64,000 bases of DNA from Carcharhinus amblyrhynchos (taxonomy: Eukaryota), in assembly GCA_965287045.1 (NCBI GenBank), contig OZ336878.1, forward strand, positions 44,144,001 to 44,208,000. The letters are read 5' to 3'. Under the pieces are notes generated by a model. That model was not told the origin of the DNA and did no database searches. It saw only the letters and a program-made list of their open reading frames with translations. The translations under genes and the position numbers were made by a program. This document shows, piece by piece, positions 12,247 through 25,331 of the stretch (its first letter is position 1; each line of letters opens with the position of its first letter).

Positions 12247-12571
12247 TAGCACGGTGGCACTGTGGTTAGCAATGTTGCCTCACAGCACCAGGGATCCAGG
12301 TTCAATCCCGGCCCTCTGTTACTGTTTGTGTGAAGTTTGCACATTCTCCCCGTGTCTGTGTGGGTTTCCTCCGGGTGCTCCGGTTTCCTCCCACAGTCCA
12401 AAGTTGTGCGGGTTAGGTTGACTGGCCGTGCTGAATTGACCCTGGTGTCAGGGGGCTTAGCAGGGTAAATATGTGAGGTTACGGGAGTAGGGCCTGGGTG
12501 GGATTATGGTTGGGATGCACACTCGATAGGCTGAATGGCCTCCTTCTGCAATGTAGAAATTCTATGATTCT
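12247..12571 (+). mobile_element. HE1-like V-SINE, tail type 1
   Basis: Near-consensus, CpG-retaining copy. Confidence 0.9.
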
Positions 12572-12839
12572 AAGCTATTCTGGAGGCTAACGAAGTAAAG
12601 ATTTTTGTAATGTCATCAAATAGGCTGATGTTATATCCCAGTATTCTACCACAGGGTGAAGGCCAAGAATTTGACAATGGAGTTCCAACTGCCGAGGTGA
12701 CAATAGAAAATTTCTATCCTCTGTGCAGAGATGTGGGCAGAACTTTGACTCCAAAAGGGAAATGGGGTTGGGTGCATGTAGGAATTCAATCCCCAAAAGA
12801 GTGACTTTGGGTAGCGGAAATTGAATTTAGGAGAGGGCC

Positions 12840-13320
12840 AAGGATAGATCCTTACAGGATACCAGGGTAACTGTGCAAGAGTGGAAAGGGAATCTCTTGC
12901 AGGTGATTCTCTAGCCATGAATTTATAAATAAGAACAGAACCAGGCAAATGCAGCCCCATGCAGCTCAGTGATGGTGAAGGGACACTGGAGGTGAAGATG
13001 TGGTCAAACATGCCTAAGGCTGCAGCCAGATCAATAAGGACGAACTAGTGGGATAGTTTACCTTTGTCACAGTCACGTAGGATGTAATTTAAAACTTTGA
13101 CAAGAGCAAATTCGGCACTGTGGTATGAAGGAAACCTATGTTGAGGGATTCAAACATGACACTTTGTGAAAGATGGGAACAGATTTGTGAGGAGACTACA
13201 CATTCAAGGACTTTGTACAGGAGATGGATATTAGAGATGATGCTAATCTACTTTGCAAGGATGTAGGGGTCAAGGGGAGTTTTTTGAAGAGAGGAATAAT
13301 GTTGGAAAATTTGAAGGAGA
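12840..13320 (-). mobile_element. L2-clade LINE RT remnant
   Basis: The minus strand near 13000-13050 reads ...LIDLAAALGMFDH, similar to the L2 motif LLDLSAAFDTVDH. Confidence 0.6.
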
Positions 13321-13421
13321 ATACAAATTGCACAGGTTTGGCCATTTAATGAATTAATGCAAGCTCTCAAGGTCAGTTGAGTTTTTTTGTTGGTCAAACC
13401 TCCTGTCCAGTCTTAGAGACA

Positions 13422-13621
13422 GTGACCAGAATTCTCCGGCTGTTCTCACCCGCAGGACTTTTCGGTTCCACTGGCAGCACACTCCTGCCCACGGATTTCC
13501 CACTGGCATGGGGTGACATCAGTTGGAATTCCCATTGACAGTGAATCCTGCCACTAGCAAACAACAATCCACCACCTGCTGGTGGGAGGCATGTGGCTGG
13601 GAGACCGAAGGATCTCGCCCA
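13422..13621. mobile_element. Short Harbinger-like MITE (about 200 bp)
   Basis: Imperfect TIRs gaccagaattctcc / gaaggatctcgccc. Confidence 0.55.
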
Positions 13622-15107
13622 ATATTCCAAAAAGATCACCTTGATTTCCAACTCCAAATTTGTTGTGACATCTGTCGGAATGAAGGCAAACCTACTGGAC
13701 ACTGCCGGGAACACAGGAGAAAAATCATGGAGGCATTAAAAAAAATGTTTCGTTTTGTTCACTGCCTTTGAACACTTCTATTTATTAATTATAAAAGTAA
13801 TGGCAAATGGGAAAAAAAGGCTGTGGGGCTTAGTCGGGTGGTTGGAGGAAGAAAACTCATCCTATTAGAGTTGGCAAGTCAATTACTTGATTAATCACCA
13901 GTGTAAATACTGTCCAAATACAAAGAGCGATTTTAATAAGAGGTATCATATTAATGTTTAAAATGGTAGTTCTATCATCCAACATCTGGTAAAGATCAGA
14001 AACATTTATTTACCTTTTCGTTTGCAGATTGCTGATCAGTTCCTATGTAATTCCAGAACTTCCTGTTTCATTCCACCACTGTTGTTTCAGGATTGGTGCA
14101 ACTTGATATTCAAAGTAAATTACAGGAAGCATCCTGACAATTCCTTCTAACCTGGAAATATTGGTGTTAATGAGAATGCAATTTTTGAAATGACTGATGA
14201 ACACACATCATATGTTTAACGGTCTAAAGCCTTTCCTAGTTTGCTTGCTGGCTGAACTTAATAACAAATATTCCATAGCTAGAATGATTTATTGGCCAAT
14301 TCTTTTGCTGGTTCAAAGTCCTCTAGCCCAGCAACAAACTTTATGGACTTTGTGTTCCAGCTCCCTGTGGATAGTTCATGATGTAACACATTTACTTTTA
14401 TTCTATTTGAAAAGCAAATTGTTCCATGTAAATTAATAGGGATCTTACTTTTTTTTATGTGCTAGCAATTATGAATTGAGTGGAACCCGGCAAGTGCAGC
14501 CTCATGCAGCTGAATGATGATGAAGAGGCATCGGAGATGAATATGGTATGGTCTACCATGCTTTATCTTATAGAATCATAGGATCATGGAACATAGAACA
14601 GAATTCTCATATAGTGCAGAAAGAGGCTAATCAGCCTTTCGAGTCTGCATTGACTATCTGGCAGAGCATGTTACTCATGCACTTTCACCAACTCCATCCC
14701 ATAACCCCACACATTTGCCATGGCTAATTTATCTAACCTACACATTATGAATGTGATACTTCTGTTTATTATCTTATAACTTAGGGTTAAATCTTGACCT
14801 GCGACCTTTTAACATGGAAGAGTGATTATTGTTCTTCTCATCAGGTATCTTCTATTTTGTTCAGCCAAGTGACAGTCATCAATATTTCCATTTGTTTGCG
14901 CTGGGACTAAATAATGGCAACTGGTTTAATCATCTTGAAGTTCCCAACTCCTGTATATGTCACAATATATTAAGTAGATAATAGTTGTTATTAGAGAATA
15001 TAGATAAGCATCAATATTTCTTAGAGAATGATCTGTGTATTACTTTGTGTCCACAATAATCATCATTAGCATGAATGAACATTACCATAAAAAGATAAAT
15101 CATTCTT

Positions 15108-15237
15108 ACTGCGAGGTCTGTTCAAGGATATAGCAGCAGAAAATCAGTAGTTATTCTAAAGCAAATTTAGCACTGTGAGGTTTGCTCAAGGGTATAGCAG
15201 CAGAAGATCAGTACGTGTTCTAAGAAGGAATTTAACA
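15108..15237 (+). repeat. Two-copy tandem repeat, 64-bp unit
   Basis: actgcgaggtctgttcaaggatatagcagcagaaaatcagta... recurs at 15172 as actgtgaggtttgctcaagggtatagcagcagaagatcagta... Confidence 0.85.
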
Positions 15238-15249
15238 CAATACAGAAGA

Positions 15250-16450
15250 GAAGGAAGGCACAGAAAATTGAAAATATGCCTAGACCTATAGATGTCTCTT
15301 AGCTAAGGTCATATCTGAGTATGATTAAATATTATCGAAAATATGTACTGGATCTAGCATTCAAAATTGCGCCAATGACTTCACTCCGAGAAAAGGCTTG
15401 GAAGTAGTAATGGCAACAAGAAGCAGATGATGCATTTCTATGATTAAACCGATTACTGAGAGAGGATTTTAGACACATTTTAATTCAGAATTGTCGATAA
15501 CAATGGATGCTGATGCAAGTCCTATTGTAGTAGGATCAGCTCTTTCACATATTTCCTAATGGAGGTGAAAAGCTAATAGAGCTTGCATCAACGGTGGCAC
15601 GGTGGTTCACATTGCTGCCTCACAGCGCCCAGGACCAAGGTTTGATTCCCGGCTTGGATCACTATCTGCGAAGAGTTTGCACATTCTCTGTGTGTTGGTG
15701 TGGGTTTCCTCTGGGTGCTCTGGTTTCCTCCCACAATTCAAAGACGTGCTGGTCAGATGCATTGGCCATGCTAAATTGCCCCTCAGTGTCAGAGGTACAA
15801 GCCAGGGTAAATGCATGGGGTTATGGGTATAGGGCTTAGGTGGGATAGTGGTTGGTACAGACTTGATGGGCCAAATGGCCTCCTTCTGCACTGTAGGATT
15901 CTATGACTCTAAGAGCATTTTCAAAGACTGAGTGTAAATATTCTCAGATAGAACGTGAAGCTTTGGCCTTTGTATTTGTATTGAAAAGTCTTTACATGCA
16001 TGCAAACAAAAAGCAAGTTCACACTCATTACAAGTAATAATCCATTAACTGCTTTGCTAGGTCAACACAAGGAGTGACCACTAGTTCTGGCTGAGCGAAT
16101 ACAAAGATGGACAATGTGCCCTGCATGATTTGAAGGTATCATTAAGTACCGGATTTCAAAAGAAAACTCCAACCGGGCTTGCTTGTCAGAGCTGCCCAAT
16201 ATGTACGCAGATCCGGTAATGTGTGAATCAAATATGTTGATGTTTTACTGCTCATTAGGGAAGAAATTCACAATCAAATGCACAAAGATACTTTCCAAAT
16301 TCATCAGGTGTACCTTGAAAGGATGGCCAAATGAGCTCTTAGAAGAAGGGAATTTGAAACCCTTCCACAGTTGAACACGGAATCCTTCTGTGTGGTGCTG
16401 CTTTAACTGAGCTACATGAAGATCATCTGTGAATCGTAAAGATGAAATCC
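15250..16450 (+). mobile_element. Decayed Ty3/Gypsy pol fragment (RT thumb/connection, RNase H), interrupted by a SINE
   Basis: Translations PRPIDVS*LRSYLSMIKYY, DADASPIVVG, KYSQIEREALA and LKGWP...LKPF match Gypsy pol motifs; many stops and frameshifts. Confidence 0.8.
15590..15909 (+). mobile_element. HE1-like V-SINE, tail type 1, inserted in the Gypsy RNase H region
   Basis: Consensus head, core and tail; the Gypsy reading resumes after it. Confidence 0.9.
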
Positions 16451-17929
16451 ATCTCAAGATCTTTTAATGCAATACATTATTGGAGAAAATGTCTCCACAT
16501 GAGAGGAAGGATGGGAAAACATTGTCAGAAGTATATTGAGATGACTACAAAATTACCAACCCTGTCCATGGCTCTTACCAAAATCGAGACGAAGCTTCCG
16601 GCCCTTTAACAGATGTGTCTATACGTTTGAAAAATAAAAATCCCAAATATATTTTAAAAAAGCAATAACTGATCTAATTGATAGTAGACATCTAACTAGT
16701 ATATCCTTGTAATTCATAAAGCATTGCAGCACAGGCTGTAATGTTGCATCAGACTGAGGAGAGACGTGCAGTGGCTTTAAACTGGAAGCAGCTCATTGCA
16801 TAGGAAGTCTTGTGACTGCAGGGAAATTATCCATCCATTGCTGACACCATTTCCAACATTCTCCAATCCCTTTCCGGTAAATTCAATATCAGGGAAACAA
16901 AAAATGGTTGTAAAACAGTGTCAGTCTGAAACACCATTTATTCTACATTCATGCTTAACTCTCAGATAACTGAAATCTATAGCAGCCTGCAGCAAGTATA
17001 AAGTTTGCTGTCAGACATCACCTCTGTGAATGCATATGAGAGAGAGACACACACACTGTAACAATGTCCTTCAGTGGTATTAGGTAATTAAATAATCTCC
17101 TCAGAACAAAGCTCAAACGATGTATGTGGTCATGCTCGGGTGATGTGAAGTATAAACACAGCAAGAAGGATTGTGAAAGAAAAGAAGGGATGACTCCTGC
17201 ATTCGGGAAATGGAAAATGACACATTGGCATCTACAGGATATTCTCCTGAGACAATACAGAGATTTCTTATTCTACCTCTAACTGTGCAATACATGACCA
17301 AGAGATGCTTGATGCAAACATTCAGAGCATGAGTTGGAAAATATTTAATTCTTCAGGCTCTGCTACAACCTACAAAACATTCAAAATTTTTCTTCCTTTG
17401 GTAATAACGGAATAACATGATTAAATCTTTTTTTTTAGTCAGAATCATGGCAGCAAGATAATATCAGTGGACTCATTACATTAAAGAACGATATACATCT
17501 GGAAACTGTACATAAACAATATATTGGACATTTACTGGAAAATACAATGCATTGTATTTTCTTTACAGGAAGTGGTGTTTGGCTATAAACTATTGCAACT
17601 TAGAACTGAGTTCTAATACACAAATATATTTCGTGTTAGATGAATATTAGGCATTGGTCATTATATAAAGAAAATAACAAGGGATGAGGAAATTTCCACA
17701 GAATATGTGCCACCTTTATTGATAACAATATTGCTTGACTTGTTTCTGAGCAAAACATATCAGTAAAGTACCAGGTTTCAACCCTGATCAATCCTGAACT
17801 TTCTGTATGACCTCTCACCCTCATCATGACCCAGTGAGTCCAGGTCATGTGTGTTAGGGTGAAGACAGAATCAGACTCAATGATGATGCAATATATTGTT
17901 GAATCCTCTCGAGGCAAATATGATGCAAG

Positions 17930-18510
17930 ACCATAAGATTATAAGACATAGGAGCAGAATTAGGCCACTTGGCCTATCGCGTCTGTTCCATCATTCAATC
18001 ATGGCTGATATTTTTCTCATCCTCATTCTCCTGCCTTTTCCCCATAACCTCTGATCCCCTTATTAATCAAAAACCTATCTATCTTACACTCAATGACCAG
18101 GCCTCCATTGCCTTCTGCATCAAAGCTCACCACTTTCTGGCTGAAGAAATTCCTCCTCATCTCTGTTCTAAAGGATCACCCCTTTAGTCTGAGTTTGTGT
18201 CCTCTGGTTTTAGTTTTTCCTACTAGTGGAAAACTCCCCTCCACGTCCACTCTATCCAGGCCTTTCAGTATCCTATAAGTTTCAATAAGATCCCCCCTCA
18301 TTCTTCTAAACTCCAACGAGTACAGACCTAGAGTCCTCAACCACTCCTCATACGACAAGTTCTTCATTCCAGGGATCATTCATGTGAACCTCCTCTGGAC
18401 CTTTTCCAAGGCCAGCACATCCTTCCTTAGATATGGGGCCCAAAACTGCTCACAACACTCCAAATGGGGTCTGACCAGAGCCTTATACAGCCTCTGAAGT
18501 ACATCCCTAC
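17930..18510 (-). mobile_element. CR1 LINE 3' fragment, intermediate-age subfamily
   Basis: ORF 18176-18379 (LGLYSLEFRRMRGDLIETY); repeated cataaga tail. Confidence 0.9.
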
Positions 18511-18789
18511 TCATGTATTCCAGGCCCAAGCACAAAAAATTGAGTCATGTAACCACTGATTATGGAAGTAATCTCAAAATGGCTGAATTGCAAAGAGGTA
18601 AGAGAATTGGAGGAAGAAGGTGATAGCCACAAGTGCAGTTCTGTAACACTGTTGGTTTTGGTGAGTTGGCAGAAAAAAGAATGGCAGATGATCTGTTCTT
18701 GACGAGTTATGGCATGAACCATGCCAATCGCCATAGTATGGGCATCCTGTGGGTATGTAAAAGCATGCAGAATGGATAGATCACAATGT

Positions 18790-18894
18790 GATGAGAATGA
18801 AGATGGAACAATTGACATCAGAGAGTATGTGATTGCCTTGTCTGTAGTGTCAAGACCATCTAAAACTCACGAAACTATTAAGTTGGCATTTACG
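18790..18894 (+). pseudogene. LPCAT1: Orphan LPCAT1 (lysophosphatidylcholine acyltransferase 1) EF-hand exon fragment
   Basis: DE|NEDGTIDIREYVIALSVVSRPSKTHETIKLAFT|gtgagt aligns to vertebrate LPCAT1 (human FDE|SGSGEVDLRECVVALSVVCRPARTLDTIQLAFK, recalled). 18796-18894 is 99 nt and ends at a consensus donor. No neighbouring LPCAT1 exons were found in the window. Confidence 0.85.
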
Positions 18895-19013
18895 GTGAGT
18901 ATCATTGTGCAGTGCATGATTTTGGACTTGCAATCAAAAATGATTGTCTGCAGCATCATTTTATGAAGCTGATTGAAATGATCAGTTTTTGGCCCTTGTA
19001 CCAATGTACCTTC

Positions 19014-20209
19014 TTTTCAGAAGGCGTTTGACAAGGTACCTCACAAGAGGTTATTGCAGAAGGTAAGGGGGCATGGAGTTGGGGGTAGGGTGTTAGCATG
19101 GATAGAGGAATGGTTGTCAAATAGGCGGCAGAGAGTGGGGGTTAATGGGTGCTATTCGGATTGGCGGTTGGTGACTAGTGGAGTGCCCCAGGGGTCGGTG
19201 CTGGGGCCTCAGCTATTTACCATTTATATAGATGATCTGGAGGAGGGAACCGAGTGTATTGTGTCGAAATTTGCTGATGACACCAAGATAGGTGGAACGG
19301 CAAATTGCGCGGAGGGTGTGGAGAGTCTGCAGAAGGATCTAGATAGGCTGGGCGAATGGGCCAGGAACTGACAAATGGAATTTAATGTTGGCAAGTGCGA
19401 GGTGGTCCACTTTGGTAGGAATAATGGTAGGAAGGACTATTACTTACGTGGCAAAAAACTGCAGCAGGCGACGGTGCAGAGGGACCTCGGGGTCCTTGTG
19501 CATGAGTCGCAAAAACCCAGCCTGCAGGTGCAGCAAGTGGTCAGGAAGGCGAATGGGATGCTGGCCTTCATAGCGAGGGGGATTGAATACAAAAGTAGGG
19601 AGGTCTTGCTGCAGCTGTATAGGGCATTGGTGAGGCCGCAGCTGGATACTGTGTGCAGTTTTGGTCGCTGCACTTACGCAAGGATATTTTGGCCTTGGAG
19701 GGAGTGCAGAGGAGGTTTACTAGGCTGATTCCGGAGTTGAGGGGGTTGAGCTATGAGGAGAGGTTGAATAAACTAGGCTTGTACTCGTTAGAGTTTAGAA
19801 GAATGAGGGGAGATCTCATTGAGACATATAAGATGATGAATGGGATGGATAGGATAGAGGTGGAGAGACTCTTCCCGCTCAGAAAGGACAGTAGGACTAG
19901 GGGGCACAGCCTCAAGATAAAGGGGGGCAGTTTAGAACGGAGTTGAGGAGGAACTTCTTCACTCAAAGGGTGGTGAATCTCTGGAATTCTCTGCCCGTTG
20001 AGGTGGTGGAGGCTGCCTCGCTAAATATTTTTAAGACGCGGGTTGATGGGTTTTTGATAAGCGAGGGGATTAAGGGTTATGGGGAGAGGGCGGGAATGTG
20101 GAACTGAGCCACGACAGATCAGCCATGATCTTATCGAATGGCGGGGCAGGCTCGAAGGGCTAGATGGCCTACTCCTGCTCTTATTTCTTATGTTCTTATG
20201 TTCTTATGT
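19014..20209 (+). mobile_element. Young 5'-truncated CR1 LINE (RT) with a premature stop and frameshifts
   Basis: [20 protein letters not shown] and FADD motifs; TGA at about 19369; (TTCTTATG)n tail. Confidence 0.95.
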
Positions 20210-21459
20210 CAGTCAGCATCTGATGCTGCTTTGATATCAGATGTGCCATTTTCACTTTGCAGGTCCAGTTATAGCCCTGTCTGAAATACACACTGTTGAC
20301 CATCAGCAATACACACAGTTGACCTTCTTTCCATCAGCATTATTCAAATACATTTCACATTTCAGATGGTGTGCTAGCCACTCTCTTACGCTGCTACAGA
20401 ATTCGTGGAAATTCTGCTATTTTGATGGAGTTGACAGGAGTTTTTCTCATGACAAGGAATTAAGTCCTGGACCTTTGAGATGTGGATTTGAAAAGTGTCT
20501 GAGCAAAACATTTGCTTCCAGTCATGGAGGGGAGTGTATAGTTGCACTTATTCTTTGGCTGCAAAATGACATGCAAAAGCAGCAGGGAGGGAGAAGCTTT
20601 TCACAGAGGATGCTTCTCAACGTGAGGCCTTATCCTTCAGAGATCACTTCATCTACCTAAACCTCAGGCAGAATCAGTGTCTTGAGGCAACTTCACTTCA
20701 CCATGGCTCAAACCAAACCTGTAGCTCCAGAGCAGGGTGAGGGCAGTTCTATAGGTAGCCATTGAGGTCAATGTGGCCCCAATTTCTGGGTTTTTTGGTG
20801 TCAGGAAATCATGATAACATGAATAAAAAAAAATCCAGGTATTGGCAATGTGTTCTGGAGATAGTATCTTTTTAAAAAACTACTTAAAATGGAAACTGTG
20901 TAGTGGTAGAGACAACTTGGCTAGGTTGGTGGAACTAGTGCTTTTGATATGTTGATAAGCTTAGCAACACTGTTTACCTCAGGCAAGTTGGTAACAATGG
21001 AGAATAGAATGTCAAGGGTTTGAGTAAATATGTTAGAGGTTCAAAGGAGGAGGTAAGGTGTGGTCTTTACAAATACATTCTAAAAGGTGGTCTCATGAGA
21101 TTACGGTAATTAAGAGTGATTCTGAGGAGATTAGTTCAGATAAGGGAAGACCAAAAGAGAATATGGTATATCAGGAGCAATTTCAATCTACGCAAGTTCA
21201 CTGTTTCAGCTGTTTTGAGAACTCAACCTGCAGCTGAAAAAGCTGTGTGAACTCCCAGTTAGCGATGTCCATAGAAAAGCCTGTTTGGAAAACCATTTGT
21301 TCTGCCCTACATCAGAAGCAATCCAAACATATAGGACCCGATTCTCCCATCGCGACATGCTAATTTTTGGGGGCATCGGGTTGGGAGATGCATGTGTTGG
21401 CCATTTAGTGGGATTTGCGCCTCAGCAAGTAGCTAATGCCAAAACTACATACAGTATTC

Positions 21460-21625
21460 AGCATGCAGCTGGATATAGCACTTGGAGTGAATGGATCGGA
21501 GGTTTTGGGGAAAAAGCAGAATTAGGCTATTGAGTTGCATGATCAGCCATGGTGGTAATGAAAGGTGGAGCAGGCTCAAAGGGCTAAATGACTTCCTCCT
21601 GCTCCTATCTTCTTTGTTTCTATGT
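21460..21625 (+). mobile_element. Old CR1 3' UTR remnant
   Basis: gatcagccatg...ggagcaggctcaaagggctaaatgacttcctcctgctcctat. Confidence 0.65.
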
Positions 21626-22243
21626 AAATTCCACCCACTGAGTACAGCCATTGAGTTAGTTCAATAAATTCCCAGTTGGATTTCTTGTTCAGAATTTTAT
21701 TATTTAATAAACCTTTATTTTATCTAAAATCATCACAAAGACACCTGGGACATCCTTTTCTGGTTTTCACATCTTTCCTTACACTATACCGAATTGCAGA
21801 ATACAGTTGAAAACAGGTGCTTCAAGCTTCCCTTCAGGGATTTAGTGTTTAATGTCAGTTGTGCTCTTCACACTGGGCTGAAGCCAATGATATCACTGAC
21901 GGCTCACAGTTCATACTGTGCAATGCAGCAGCTTTTAATGCAATGCAATCTTGCAACTGCAGGAAATCAAAATTGTATTCCCAAGAAATAAAAATCTGGT
22001 CATTGGTTTCAGATTGCCTTTGACGGGACCCGAAAAGATTTTCCATTGTCACTCGCTGCAAAACCAGAAAATCCTGCCTGAGGATCAACGGATTTTTGTG
22101 TGGTCTGCACCTCCCCCCCCCACCCCCCCCACCGCTGCCCGCAATGATTCCTCTGGTAGGTGGGATGGGAAAATTACCCCCATAGTGAATTTGAAAAACA
22201 ACCATCCAAAAACAATATATATTTATCTAGAACCTTTAACATA

Positions 22244-22385
22244 TGGGGAGGCAAGAGTGTAATTGTATTGTCACTGGACTAGTAATCCAGAGAACCAGAA
22301 TTCTGGGACTCTGGGTTCAAATCTTTGACAGAAATTTGAATTCAATAACAATCTGGAATTCAATGTTGAATGATGATGCTAATTT
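22244..22385 (+). mobile_element. SINE family B 5' fragment
   Basis: ggggaggca...ttgtcactggactagtaatccagag head. Confidence 0.7.
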
Positions 22386-22430
22386 TTTCTGGCTTAAGTG
22401 AGAGTAGTCACATGTTAATTCAGTGATTCA

Positions 22431-22735
22431 GGGCGACGTAGTAGCACACTGGTTAGCAGTGCTGCCTCACAGTGCCAGGGACCCGGGTTTGATTCCGGCC
22501 TTGGGTGACTGTCTGTGTGGAGTTTGTACATTCTCCCCGTGTCTGTGTTGGTTTCCTCTGACTGCTCTGGTTTCCTCCCATAGTCCAAAGATGTGCAGGT
22601 TATGTTGATTGGCAATCCTAAATTGCCCCTTAGTATCAGGGGAAATGCTGGATTAAATACATGAGGTAATGGGGATAGAGCCTGGGTGGGATTGCTGTTG
22701 GTGCAGGCTTGATGGGCCGAATGGCCTTCTTCTGC
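22431..22735 (+). mobile_element. HE1-like V-SINE, tail type 1
   Basis: Consensus head and core. Confidence 0.88.
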
Positions 22736-24352
22736 TAAAGCCAAGCAAACTATATAATCACCCAGGGTCCATACACGTGCACTTGTCATCAAGATAGTGA
22801 TCAAGACCAAGACCCTTGATTGAACCTTCAAATCACTGATGTCCATAGTAGGGCCTGGTCCAGATGTTGCCCTGGAGGTCAGCAAACTCAAAACAGACCA
22901 GAATCGAGCCTAAGTAAAAGCCATCATTTTGATTAATTTTTAATTTAATCTCTTACTAATTACACCATTGCCTCCCCAAATGTTAAAGTTACCAGATAAA
23001 AAACATTTTCTGTTTTTGTTACGGGTTTACAGATAGTCTACTACTGTTAAAAAAGCACTAAGAATGGTATATTTCAAACCTAGTTTAAATAAGTATTATT
23101 GCATTTACAGTAATACAGCAGTTTAAAGAACTCAGAAGTATGCAGTTATACTAATTATATTCTGGCACAGTCCGGTCAGGTATAAACAACTTAATAAGGG
23201 ACCACAAAAGTAACTTTATAAATCTACGTACCACATATTAAAAATCTTACACATACAAACATTTCCTCTTCTCAACTACTTGACTTCTTGATGCCAAATT
23301 ATAATGTCAAATTTTTCCCTGTACATTTTATGTCCATATGAAATATTGAACTTATCTATGTAAATCTGTCATAATGTACTTACTTATATGATCTGGTCAC
23401 TGACTATGCAAATTTATAAACTTTTCCAAAAATCTCCATTCATATTTTAGATTGAGTAATTTTCACACTCAGACAAGTTAATATTTAACTTTATTAAAAA
23501 CTTTAAATTTCTTTATGTGGAAGTTAAAGTCACTGTAGGGTTTCCTCTCCCATGCCCACATTACTTCCCCCTTTAAACCACCAGAGTGAATATTTTCCAT
23601 TTTCCAATGGCATTCTGACCTGCTCATTTCCCTATCCCTGGCTCTGAGCCGTACTTATCTATGTTCCAGCATTCTCCCTGGTGCCCCTTGCATATTGGAC
23701 AGGCTGCAGAGAAATGGCTGCCAAAGTGCTCACCTCTGATATCCCCGTCAGGGGTGTTGGCACCCGCTTAATGCTTATGTTGTTGAGCTGCTGTGAGTGG
23801 AATATTCATTGTGGACTCAATATGCAGAGTGAGTGTTCATTAATAAGATGCTAATGTTTAAGACTACGTTCCCAAGATTCTGCAGCTTGTTCCGCATCAC
23901 TCCGTCTGTGGCCTTGGTCTAAAATTGCAAAACTCCATCTTGCTGGAGAGAATCATGTTATTCAGAACCCCCTGGATTTTGAGCGCAATCCTGTGTATGG
24001 ACTGTCTGGGCACAAGATCCCAACTTGCGGGCAGTAGGAGGGGAAATTTCTGCCCTGTGTGTCTGAATTGGAAAATTGTTTCATTTTTCTAATATATTAG
24101 ATTTAAGTAAGCACCAAATTACAATGCAAATAACTGAGTCTTACTCTGTCCAAAACTGGATATTAAAGGCTGCAACAACTATAGGAATAGTGAGGAGATC
24201 TGGGGAGGCTTTTCCTTGGGGCTCCCATTCTTAATTGGAGGTCTAGCTCATGAAAGTTAGAATCATCAATGAGGTGAGATATCCTAAAGTCAGGATGATG
24301 AAGACAACTTTTTCAACCAAGCAGGCATGGATGAAATGGATAGTTGAAGGTT

Positions 24353-25331
24353 ATGATCTGGAGGAGGGAACCGAGTGTAGGGTGTCGAAATTTGCTGATG
24401 ACACCAAGATTGGGGGAACGGCAAATTGTGCGGAGGGTGTGGAGAGTCTGCAGAAGGATCTAGATAGGCTGGGCGAATGGGCCAGGAAATGGCAAATGGA
24501 ATTTAATGTTGGCAAGTGTGAGGTGGTCCACTTTGGTAGGAAGAATGGTAGGAAGGACTATTACTTACGGGGCGAAAAACTGCAGCAGGCGACGGTGCAG
24601 AGGGACCTCAGGGTCCTTGTGCATGAGTCGCAAAAACCCAGCTTGCAGGTGCAGCAGGTGGTCAGGAAGGCGAATGGGATGCTGGCCTTCATAGCGAGGG
24701 GGATTGAATATAAAAGTAGGGAGGTCTTGCTGCAGCTGTATAGGGCATTGGTGAGGCCGCAGCTGGAGTACTGTGTGCAGTTTTGGGCGCCGCACCTGCG
24801 CAAAGATATTTTGGCCTTGGAGGGAGTGCAGAGGAGGTTTACTAGGCTGATACCAGAGTTGAGGGGGTTGAGCTATGAGGAGAGGCTGAATAAACTGGGC
24901 TTGTACTCGTTAGAGTTTAGAAGAATGAGGGGAGATCTCATTGAGACGTATAAGATGATGAATGGGATGGATAGGATAGAGGTGGAGAGACTCTTCCCGC
25001 TCAAAAAAGACAGTAGGACTAGGGGGCACAGCCTCAAGATAAAAGGGGGGCGGTTTAGAACGGAGTTGAGGAGGAACTTCTTCACTCAAAGGGTGGTGAA
25101 TCTCTGGAATTCTCTGCCCGTTGAAGTGGTGGAGGCTGCCTCGCTAAATATTTTTAAGACGCGGGTTGATGGGTTTTTGATAAGAGAGGGGATTAAGGGT
25201 TATGGGGAGAAAGCGGGAAAGTGGAACTGAGCAGCGACAGATCAGCCATGATCTTATTGAATGGCAGGGCAGGCTCGAAGGGCTAGATGGCCTACTCCTG
25301 CTCCTATTTCTTATGTTCTTATGTTCTTATG
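24353..25331 (+). mobile_element. Young 5'-truncated CR1 LINE, open RT C-terminus
   Basis: FADD motif, uninterrupted frame, tail repeats, TTATG at both ends. Confidence 0.95.

Noticed and set aside
18721-18966. 81-aa ORF as a standalone EF-hand microprotein
   Set aside because: Only 18790-18894 is LPCAT1-like; the rest is flank and intron, and the start is incidental.
24250-25230. 326-aa ORF with a novel N-terminus fused to RT (domesticated gene?)
   Set aside because: The N-terminal 35 codons are flanking DNA in frame by chance; the RT lacks its N-terminal motifs. The same applies to 26264-27127.
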